Shown here one piece after another: positions 1-6,969 of a stretch of DNA of 14,385 bases; within the stretch, counting starts at the first letter, position 1; each line of letters begins with the position of its first letter. The notes below the pieces were generated by a model that saw nothing but the letters and a program-made list of their open reading frames with translations, did no database searches and was not told where the DNA came from. Source of the stretch: Pseudobacteriovorax sp. (GTDB lineage Bacteria; Bdellovibrionota_B; Oligoflexia; Oligoflexales; Oligoflexaceae); the NCBI GenBank assembly GCA_050293845.1, contig JBNKNM010000142.1, positions 1-14,385 of the forward strand, in the 5' to 3' direction. Position numbers and translations under genes: made by a program.

Positions 1-53
1 GAAACATGGTATTTATATTCATTGTAATTTTGATGAACCATTCCATTCCGCAT
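1..53 (-). CDS. Possible 5' end of a gene running off the window (MRNGMVHQNYNEYKYHV...)
   Basis: ATG at 53-51 with GGAG (64-61) 7 nt upstream; the frame stays open to the window edge. Too short to assign a product. Confidence 0.35.
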   Translation of the reverse strand, partial: MRNGMVHQNYNEYKYHV

Positions 54-351
54 GATACCACTCCATTTGGTTCACAGACTTTTAAGCAAAATCGAGGCCA
101 AACCTAAGTTATCGAAATTAATAGCTTCTATCAGCCGCATTTCTTAATCAAATATTTCAACCATCAATTTTTTGTACATAAGCTGTAGAAATCTATAAAC
201 CAAACCAATCCATAACGACATACTAAGTTACTGCAAATATATTAACTCCATAGACTTAAGCGCTCCCCTCCCCTAGCCCCATAACTATAAGATGCTTTTC
301 AACTTATTCAAGGCCGTTTTCTATCTCAGCAGGGTTCTCTGTATATGCGGG

Positions 352-393
352 TATAATAGCTTTCTTCGCATTATAGTATAGAGTATGATGCGA
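352..393 (+). promoter_or_regulatory. Candidate -10 box followed by an operator-like inverted repeat
   Basis: TATAAT at 352-357 (no good -35). TCGCATTATA (366-375) and TATGATGCGA (384-393) form a 9/10 inverted repeat with an 8-nt spacer, about 70 bp upstream of the ATG at 461. Confidence 0.35.
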
Positions 394-460
394 CTTATGC
401 TTTATTTTCTGTTCAGTTCCTTTAGTTTTGCAGATCGTCAAAGCATTAAGGAGCAGCGCT

Positions 461-1216
461 ATGAGCATACGAACAACTGTAATAACCCTTATTTTATTTT
501 ATTCTTCGATAGTGCTGAGTAAACCTCTTAAGATCGGTGTTCTTTATTGGTCGAGTACAATAGAAGGTCAAGTTGCCATGCGTTGTGGATTAGAACAGCG
601 AGCAAAAGAATTACAACAATTGGGAATTTTAGACTTTCAGTTGTTGCCATTTGTAGCCGGCGATGGGACAAATGGAATCCTTAATCAAATTAAGCAATTC
701 AAGCACCTAGTCCTACAGGAAAAAGTCGACGCCATCATCATCCAACCTACGGATAATGCGGCTCTAGCTAGAAGCCTTCAACTTGCAAATAAAAACCGTA
801 TACCTGTAGTGGCATATGACCAGTACATTGTCGGCGGCTCATTATCCTCTTATATCACTTCCAATAACTACCAAGCTGGCCAGCTCAATGCTGAATATAT
901 CTACCCCATATTTCACGATGAAATCAAGATTGTTACCGTTGATGGTGACCCGGCGTCTGTTGCCAATATTCAGCAAGGGCGTCTGACAGTCATTGATAGT
1001 GCGCAATTTTGTGGAGAACTAGGGCGACAAAGCATGCAAACTATATTTGACCTGTTAACAGGCAAGCCGGTATCAAAAAAAATTTTGATTCCGACATTCC
1101 CCATTGTTAAAGAAACTCTTCACATCTACAAGGGATGGAAAGCTAAGATTCCCAAACCCTTCAAAAAAAGTTGGAAGAAAAATGAGCTGTGGAATAATCA
1201 GGCTATTCATCTTTAA
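461..1216 (+). CDS. Sugar-type (class I, RbsB-like/Peripla_BP_4) periplasmic substrate-binding protein with an apparent in-frame internal deletion; possibly non-functional
   Basis: AAGGAG at 448-453 favours ATG 461 over TTG 428. Signal-peptide-like N-terminus; motifs KVDAIIIQPTD, RIPVVAYD, SNNYQAG, IVTVDGDP. Only about 6 residues separate EYI from EIKIVTVDG, versus about 90 in RbsB-like proteins. Confidence 0.8.
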   Translation: MSIRTTVITLILFYSSIVLSKPLKIGVLYWSSTIEGQVAMRCGLEQRAKELQQLGILDFQLLPFVAGDGTNGILNQIKQFKHLVLQEKVDAIIIQPTDNAALARSLQLANKNRIPVVAYDQYIVGGSLSSYITSNNYQAGQLNAEYIYPIFHDEIKIVTVDGDPASVANIQQGRLTVIDSAQFCGELGRQSMQTIFDLLTGKPVSKKILIPTFPIVKETLHIYKGWKAKIPKPFKKSWKKNELWNNQAIHL

Positions 1217-1976
1217 GCTAAGTCTATGCTTTATCATTAGCAAGCTTCTAGCCAGCACTCCTCCACAGATTACTTTAGGGGTATATGAAAGCTGCCCTTA
1301 CTTTTGCTGGGAAAAGCAGCCGGGATATGTTTATAAATTGCTACATCTGTTTTTTGAACATATGGGAACTCGAATGGTAACCAAACAAATCACTTTGGAG
1401 CGCGCATCATTTTTATTAGCCGCTAAGGAGATTGATATTGCAGTGTTTCCCTCTTACGAGCTGCATAGCCAAAGAGAGATTGAACCTTTTGGACCTGCAC
1501 TTGGTGTAAGCTATGCAGGCATCTTGCACTTGAAGCGCCCCCATTCTGGGTTTTGGGACCTTTCTTCTCTGCAAAATACCCATATTGTGGCATCACCCCT
1601 TGGGTTTTTAAAACAACGACTTCAGGAGGTCATCGCCAAAAGCATGCACCACTCTGAAATCACACAAGTTTCGGGGAAGCGAATCGAGCAACGTTTGTTT
1701 AAATTGGTAAAAATGAAGCGCTTTAACTACGCCATACACGACTTTAATATTCTACGATACCAAATCAAAAACCAAAAAGATTCTGAGCTTCAAGTGTCTC
1801 CGTCATCTATACTAGGTTTCTTTCCCCTACGTCTTGCCACCCTTCACAGCCAAATAAAGATATTAAAACTCGGAGGAAAGCTCTCTCAATTCCTAACACG
1901 ACTGCGTCGATCTCCCAGGTTCAAAGAAATATTGCAAACTTATGACATCGATGACTGGTATTACCTCACCTACTAA
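1182..1976 (+). CDS. Family 3-like (amino-acid type) extracellular solute-binding protein
   Basis: Start probably ATG 1182 (hydrophobic signal-like segment follows), overlapping the upstream gene by 35 nt. Motifs ESCPYFC, PGYVYKLL, LERA...KEIDIA, KRFNYAI and C-terminal FKEILQTY match the SBP_bac_3-like pattern. Confidence 0.7.
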   Translation: MSCGIIRLFIFKLSLCFIISKLLASTPPQITLGVYESCPYFCWEKQPGYVYKLLHLFFEHMGTRMVTKQITLERASFLLAAKEIDIAVFPSYELHSQREIEPFGPALGVSYAGILHLKRPHSGFWDLSSLQNTHIVASPLGFLKQRLQEVIAKSMHHSEITQVSGKRIEQRLFKLVKMKRFNYAIHDFNILRYQIKNQKDSELQVSPSSILGFFPLRLATLHSQIKILKLGGKLSQFLTRLRRSPRFKEILQTYDIDDWYYLTY

Positions 1977-2104
1977 GATCAGACTAAACCAAGGTATAAG
2001 AACATGGTGCTAGGGAAAACAATCATAATCAACCTTTGGCATTTCTTTATGAATCAAATGTGGTAAAGTATGCGCTAATAGGCTCCCTATGGAAAGGTAA
2101 GTCG

Positions 2105-2497
2105 ATGCATAAGGTGCTAAAATATTTCAGTCTCATCTTATTTATATCCACAGTAGCCAGCTGCGGCGGGGCTAGCCATTCTCCTAGCTCATTAAAAGTA
2201 TTGCCTCATTATGATTTCTACTATCAAGAAGGAATGACTTGCTTAGAGTTTGATGATGTATACTTAGAATTGTTTGCTGATATTGACTTTCAACCAGGCC
2301 GATGCCCTTCTTTCATCCCTGGGAACCACGATCAGGGGATTAAGAAACAATTATGTATCGCCGGCTGTTATTTTGAAAACTGGCACCTTGTGAAATATTA
2401 CTACAAAAATGAAGGCCATGCCTATACTAACACCTTAGGGGATGCCAAGGAAGATTGTCTGAAAGCTGGTGGACAGTTCAAACTCAAAGCACACTAG
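2105..2497 (+). CDS. Cys-rich lipoprotein, hypothetical
   Basis: ATG 2105 with GAAAGG upstream; MHKVLKYFSLILFISTVAS-C has a basic N-region, hydrophobic core and lipobox. Five further Cys and a C-terminal CLKAGGQF motif. Confidence 0.7.
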   Translation: MHKVLKYFSLILFISTVASCGGASHSPSSLKVLPHYDFYYQEGMTCLEFDDVYLELFADIDFQPGRCPSFIPGNHDQGIKKQLCIAGCYFENWHLVKYYYKNEGHAYTNTLGDAKEDCLKAGGQFKLKAH

Positions 2498-2622
2498 GTT
2501 TAGGCTTACCCGGCTTTGCTATTTGCTCACTATTGCCGTCGCTAATTACAATAATCATTCCCTGTTCGCTACTACTTGCTTTGTTGATGACTGGCAACCT
2601 TTATGAATTCTGTAGTGACCAT

Positions 2623-2652
2623 AGCTACAAACCCTTTGAACGTGTAGCTTTT
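2623..2652 (+). terminator. Possible weak intrinsic terminator
   Basis: AGCTACA (2623-2629) pairs with TGTAGCT (2643-2649), 13-nt loop, short T-run after. Confidence 0.25.
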
Positions 2653-2885
2653 GCGTTGTTACGACCTTTAAACATATTGAAAATCCTTAAGGATTCCGCT
2701 AGATCGGTAGTTGACCTGCGGGGAACTACACGGCTGATAAAGCGAATCAACCTTTACGAAGACACAGGAGTGTCTGACTTTTGGTAGGCTTAACTGCCAC
2801 CTTTCACGTGGAGCTGAAGTTAATTGTTTTTAACATGCGGAACCTAGATTAACAGGTTAACGGACTAGCAAGCGGGAGACAATGC

Positions 2886-4001
2886 ATGAACGGCGCAATT
2901 TTGAAAGCACTACCAGCTTTCATAACCAAAGAGCCAAAAAGTGCCATGGGTGAAATCATGGAGAACTCAATAAGCATCAAGGACCAAGGTATTTGGCTTA
3001 CAGTTGGTCAGGTAGCCCAAATGGTTGCTCCCGATCACAGCAGAGCATTTGGAGGCAACCTTCGCCAACCTAATTTTCGAAGGCTCCTCAAAGCAGCAGT
3101 CGCCTTTACATTAGGAGAAGGTAACTTTCGTTTGAATCTATCTATGGCAGCAAGCCAGCAACACTTCCAGGATTTTGTAGACAATAACAACCAACTTGAT
3201 GAGGAACAACTAAGTATTCTTCATGATACGGTTCGGTCTATAGAATTCAGAGCAAGCCCTAATGCACCTTCTCAGCATTGTTTTTTAGAGCTAGATAATG
3301 TGCAGATCCTCTATGAAACCCAGGCAGTTCTTCAAACTATTCCTAAATCCTTAAGAAGCTACATACTGTGGCAACTTGGGCATGGTGACCTCCAACAAGT
3401 AACCATGTATGATGGCCGCCCTATACCCAATACCCATGCCCGCGTTGAAGGTTTATCTTCCGCCATAAGGGACTTCGCGTCCTATATTAACCTGCCCATG
3501 GCAGATGCTGTTACTGCCTGGCAAAACGGATTAAGAACAAAAAATGATACCCTGGGCCAAGAGACAAGCGATGTTTTTGAAGAAAAGCTCCGAGCCATTA
3601 GAGAGTACTTCGCTACAGCGACCCAAGACTTACTAAATTTGAATGACCCTTACCGCCAGCGGGCAAGTGCTATTATCCTTTCAGGAGGAGGTGCTAAAGA
3701 CCAGATGGTTTTGGATTGCTTGCGTGAAGAGGTTGAAAGTGGTGGCCATTACAAACTTTTTGCGATTCATGAATTGCCGGTAAATACTCCAGAGCTCAAC
3801 GATCCAGCTTTTACTTGCGTACAAGGGCTCCTCAAAACAGGCAACATAGCACTTGATATTGGTAACTCGTCATTGAAAACAGGTTTTGACGGATCTCGAG
3901 CACAAGCAGTACGATCAAGTAACAGTGATAGGACCGCAAATACTAATCCGCTATTTGGTGGAACAGCTTCGTCAAATCAAAATCCTATGACTTCAGGATA
4001 A
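2886..4001 (+). CDS. ParM/StbA-like actin-fold ATPase, apparently circularly permuted
   Basis: GGGAG at 2874-2878 precedes ATG 2886. Actin-superfamily elements in order: LPAF (aa 9-12), VGQVA (40-44), connect-1 VQILYE144, degenerate phosphate-2 QLGHGD (163-168), adenosine motif IILSGGGA (263-270), connect-2 DPAFTCVQGLL (306-316), then phosphate-1-like IALDIGNSSLK (321-331). Confidence 0.85.
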   Translation: MNGAILKALPAFITKEPKSAMGEIMENSISIKDQGIWLTVGQVAQMVAPDHSRAFGGNLRQPNFRRLLKAAVAFTLGEGNFRLNLSMAASQQHFQDFVDNNNQLDEEQLSILHDTVRSIEFRASPNAPSQHCFLELDNVQILYETQAVLQTIPKSLRSYILWQLGHGDLQQVTMYDGRPIPNTHARVEGLSSAIRDFASYINLPMADAVTAWQNGLRTKNDTLGQETSDVFEEKLRAIREYFATATQDLLNLNDPYRQRASAIILSGGGAKDQMVLDCLREEVESGGHYKLFAIHELPVNTPELNDPAFTCVQGLLKTGNIALDIGNSSLKTGFDGSRAQAVRSSNSDRTANTNPLFGGTASSNQNPMTSG

Positions 4002-4005
4002 GCAC

Positions 4006-4377
4006 GTGGATGATGACAGAATAATATTGAGAATCCCAAAGAATGGATGTGATCGAGAAATTGTGTCAACACTTTTAGAAGACCAAGCTGAATCTCTTCC
4101 ATTCTCTCTACCCCCCTTGGTTCATTGGCCTGCGGGAGCGCGGGCATGCTCGAATCGAGCGATTATATTGATGAGAGCCGGATTATTGTATTTACATCAG
4201 CAAAGCAAGCATTCCACCTATAAAAATGATCACCACAGCAAGCAAAATCAAGAGAATGAAAAAAAAACAGTAGAGCCTATTTCTGATATTATCCCTACTA
4301 AGTCTCCTGAAGCTGATATAGAAGAGCAAACACAAAATATTAAAAAACCCGAATTTGATATTTCTCTATTTCAATAG
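4006..4377 (+). CDS. Putative ParR/StbB-like ribbon-helix-helix adaptor protein
   Basis: Starts 4 nt after the actin-like gene. N-terminal strand RIILRI, helix DREIVSTLL, helix SNRAIILMRAGLLYL, then a polar/acidic linker and a hydrophobic end (FDISLFQ). Size, position and layout fit type II partition adaptors. Confidence 0.6.
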   Translation: MDDDRIILRIPKNGCDREIVSTLLEDQAESLPFSLPPLVHWPAGARACSNRAIILMRAGLLYLHQQSKHSTYKNDHHSKQNQENEKKTVEPISDIIPTKSPEADIEEQTQNIKKPEFDISLFQ

Positions 4378-4391
4378 TATTGAAGTAAATA

Positions 4392-4727
4392 ATGCCCACG
4401 CAATCTGAAAAAGAAAAAACAAAGAAGATTATTCAATCCTTTTCGTCACTTTGGTTTATTGAAGAAGAATCCACTGCTGGCATCGGAACAATTATAGATG
4501 TATGTTATACTTATGAAAGTGCCGTAAATTCTTTAGAAGATTTACGGCAAAAAAAATTGCAAAGCCTCATAAACGAACCACAAGGAATCAGTAAAACTAC
4601 CTTAAACTCATCTTACTATATCGGTCGCGAAGAAGATCCAAACTTTTATCTGCCAATATTCAGAATACTTTCTGCTGAAGTCACACTAAATGCATACGGC
4701 TACAATGCCTTAAACAAATGGCTATAA
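4392..4727 (+). CDS. Hypothetical protein (111 aa)
   Basis: ATG-started ORF 14 nt downstream of the ParR-like gene, same strand, globular-like composition; no family recognised. Confidence 0.6.
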   Translation: MPTQSEKEKTKKIIQSFSSLWFIEEESTAGIGTIIDVCYTYESAVNSLEDLRQKKLQSLINEPQGISKTTLNSSYYIGREEDPNFYLPIFRILSAEVTLNAYGYNALNKWL

Positions 4728-4740
4728 TTCCTTGAGAGTA

Positions 4741-5031
4741 CTAGTCAGCAAAACTGCGTTTTACTTTTGCAAGAACAGCTTCTCTTCGAGCCGCCTCTTT
4801 AACGAGTTTTTTGATTGCTACTGAGTTTTGTAAAAAATGACCTACGGCTTTTAATAAAAAGGGTATCCATGTCGGGTGGACTTGATATAATCCCATGTCC
4901 TGAAAGGATTCCTTTATAATGAATTTGATCTGATCTACATCAACTCGCCACTCGTCGGTTATGGTTTTAATTTCTTTACGCTCAAAAGCATCTCGGATAA
5001 ATATATCAAGTGGAATTGGTTCCATTAACAT
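4741..5031 (-). CDS. Hypothetical protein (96 aa, predicted helical)
   Basis: ATG-started ORF convergent with 4392-4727 (13-nt gap), normal protein-like composition; no family recognised. Confidence 0.65.
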   Translation of the reverse strand: MLMEPIPLDIFIRDAFERKEIKTITDEWRVDVDQIKFIIKESFQDMGLYQVHPTWIPFLLKAVGHFLQNSVAIKKLVKEAARREAVLAKVKRSFAD

Positions 5032-5127
5032 AAAATATACCTAGCTTAGCTTTATTATTAACGACAGCACACAGCCCTCTGTAGTTTATTACATTAAAAA
5101 ATCCTCACCTACCTGGGAAAGCTGCGA

Positions 5128-5142
5128 TTAGCAACTTGCTAA
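5128..5142. promoter_or_regulatory. Perfect inverted repeat TTAGCAA-C-TTGCTAA, candidate regulator binding site
   Basis: Seen directly; intergenic, about 100 bp upstream of the minus-strand start at 5031. A 1-nt spacer fits a DNA site better than an RNA hairpin. Confidence 0.4.
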
Positions 5143-5335
5143 GACTTGTGCCCCATGTTCTTTTGAATCCCTTAAAAAAACTGGATAATTTATTAATTTT
5201 TTCGATCGCGCTCTAATAGTTTTTTGGATTTTACAGGCTATCAAATTTTAGCACAGTTGATCATAAATTGAGAATACTGCAAATGTAATCATCCTCAGAA
5301 GGACCTAAGCTGGTGTTCTTCATATAGCGCTTTGT

Positions 5336-6223
5336 CTACTGACGAGATTTAGTGCTTTCCTTATCAAGATAGCTATGAGGGAGCTGAAAGTAATCAAAAA
5401 GATACTTGGGAGATCGACCATAGGGTATATATTCTCCAAGGGGCTTAAACAACAACTGATCAAGGTTTATGCCAATACTTATAAAAGTTGTTTTTGTCTT
5501 AGGCGTATCTCTATCCTTAAACCCCCTAGCATAGTAACCAATACCAAATTCCAGATATCGGCCTATGTTATGACTTTTCAAAGTAGGAATTCCAGTTCCT
5601 TTGAAAATAAGGTGATATTTCTGATTCATATAATCAGTGATAGGGTGTCTTGCTTTTCTGAAGCTATTAAGGTCATATTCCAGCCGAAAGTCAATTAAAT
5701 CCTGAAGATATGGGAAACGATTTCGCATCATAGCGAAGCCGATCCCGGTACTATTTGCAATCAAATCTTCATAGGAAAAGCCATGATCTTCAGAATATCC
5801 ATCAAAGACTTCCACATAAAGCATAATGAACCATGAGAAGATTGCAGGGTAATAGGAGAATATATATTGGTTCTCTAATTTACGATTCCAGCTCCCATAA
5901 AAAAACTCAGTCATAATATAGCTAGAATAGAAATGCCCCAGCTTGTCATGGCCACCGCTGCCTGTATCAAAACCAAACCAACCTTCTTCATTGAAACTAA
6001 AACCTTTAGAACTCCCCCACGCCCAACTATTGAGACCTAAGTAAGTCACAAAGCCAGTAACCGCAGCTACTTCGTAGTTAATCAACTGCAACGACTCCCA
6101 TCCACTTTTAACTACTTTATCTTGTGATTCCAATAAATTAGCTTTAACTATGGGATTTGCCACGGACTGCAAAGGCATGCAGGCAAGGCTAAATAAGATA
6201 CTGATTTTAATGATAAATACCAA
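5336..6223 (-). CDS. DUF2279 (YfiM-like) domain protein, exported or membrane-associated
   Basis: TTG start with GAGGA 7 nt upstream; signal-peptide-like N-terminus; motifs GGHDKLGHFYSSY, EVFDGYS..HGFSYEDLIAN, DYMNQKY, YLEFGIGYYARGF. Confidence 0.85.
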   Translation of the reverse strand: MVFIIKISILFSLACMPLQSVANPIVKANLLESQDKVVKSGWESLQLINYEVAAVTGFVTYLGLNSWAWGSSKGFSFNEEGWFGFDTGSGGHDKLGHFYSSYIMTEFFYGSWNRKLENQYIFSYYPAIFSWFIMLYVEVFDGYSEDHGFSYEDLIANSTGIGFAMMRNRFPYLQDLIDFRLEYDLNSFRKARHPITDYMNQKYHLIFKGTGIPTLKSHNIGRYLEFGIGYYARGFKDRDTPKTKTTFISIGINLDQLLFKPLGEYIPYGRSPKYLFDYFQLPHSYLDKESTKSRQ

Positions 6224-6339
6224 AACCTAATCCTCAGTCGTGGCTCATTGTTTATTCTGACAAAACTACAGGGCTTTGATCTCTAGCATACTACAAGGAA
6301 AAATCAAACATCCTACTATTGGTTGCTAAGAATTTCAGC

Positions 6340-6429
6340 GAGTTCAAGGAGTCAAGTCCTCCACCTAAAGGAGGTTCACAGCATGGTTTTTGCTTAAATT
6401 GCGTGAAAACTCTTGATTCACTTCAACTC
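6340..6429. repeat. 90-bp element bounded by imperfect 17/18-nt inverted repeats with internal hairpins
   Basis: GAGTTCAAGGAGTCAAG (6340-6356) versus CTTGATTCACTTCAACTC (6412-6429); internal CCTCC/GGAGG (6358-6374) and TTCAC/GTGAA (6375-6407). Confidence 0.45.
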
Positions 6430-6607
6430 AATATGATCTAGAACTTAGTGTTTTTACAGCACCACAAAGGTGGTATTGGTGTGGACCTTCATCATTCTTG
6501 GATTATCGTGTACGATCTTTTTTTGAGCCGATCTGTGACCTACGGTATTTACTCAAGTAGCGTAGCGGACAAGGTTTTGTTTTTTAAGGGTTGGAATTGA
6601 CCTAGGC

Positions 6608-6645
6608 CTCCACTATAGGCCGTATCAGCGGCTCTATAGTGGGAG
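6608..6645 (-). terminator. Strong stem-loop 30 nt downstream of the 6676-7709 gene pair (terminator or 3' stabilising hairpin)
   Basis: CCACTATAG-GCCG (6610-6622), loop TATCAG, CGGC-T-CTATAGTGG (6629-6642); extends by CT/AG. No U-tract follows on either strand. Confidence 0.5.
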
Positions 6646-6675
6646 ACATAATAACAATGAAAAAATGTGGTCTTG

Positions 6676-6969
6676 CTACTCAGTAAATAAAAAGTCAGAA
6701 GGAGTGACTGGTGCTAGACATTCTTGTTCTCCAACTAAAATCTCACCATCTGACCAAATTACAGGAATATCCGTATGGGGAATGTAGGCAAAATCTTGTT
6801 CTTCTAGAAGAAGATTTAATGCTTCGTATTCTAAAGGGGAAACCTCAACGGAGTACCCACAATCATCAAATGCATAATTATTAAAATGAAAGAAACCCCC
6901 TCCACTTTGCTCCCCCGCAAAAAGTGAACTGGAGAAAATCAATACTATTGCTGTAATTGTCTTTTTCAT
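6676..6969 (-). CDS. Small acidic secreted protein, hypothetical
   Basis: Sec signal MKKTITAIVLIFSSSLFA; ATGA overlap with the upstream regulator; two Cys; Asp/Glu-rich mature part. Confidence 0.8.
   Translation of the reverse strand: MKKTITAIVLIFSSSLFAGEQSGGGFFHFNNYAFDDCGYSVEVSPLEYEALNLLLEEQDFAYIPHTDIPVIWSDGEILVGEQECLAPVTPSDFLFTE

Noticed and set aside
1073..1258. 61-aa minus-strand ORF
   Set aside because: Lies entirely antisense to two better-supported binding-protein genes; no motif.
2455..2787. 110-aa plus-strand ORF
   Set aside because: TTG start inside the lipoprotein gene, no recognisable motif, and it overlaps hairpins and a palindrome; probably spurious, though not excluded.
2791..2885. 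Frameshifted or missed N-terminus carrying phosphate-1 of the actin gene
   Set aside because: All three plus frames contain stops and none encodes a DxGxxxxK motif; the RBS supports ATG 2886.
3886..3990. 34-codon TTG-started ORF overlapping the actin tail, in frame with the ParR-like gene
   Set aside because: Short, weak RBS, ends at TGA 3988-3990; explained as an alternative frame of the polar tail.
5375..5698. 107-aa plus-strand ORF
   Set aside because: Antisense shadow of the DUF2279 gene.
6340..6410. c-di-GMP-I riboswitch on the minus strand upstream of the DUF2279 gene
   Set aside because: Some fragments look similar (GCAAAAACCAT, CCTCC), but the GNRA-capped stem and the GACGCAAAG core are absent.
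6448..6600. About 50-codon GTG-started plus-strand ORF
   Set aside because: No RBS and no recognisable motif.
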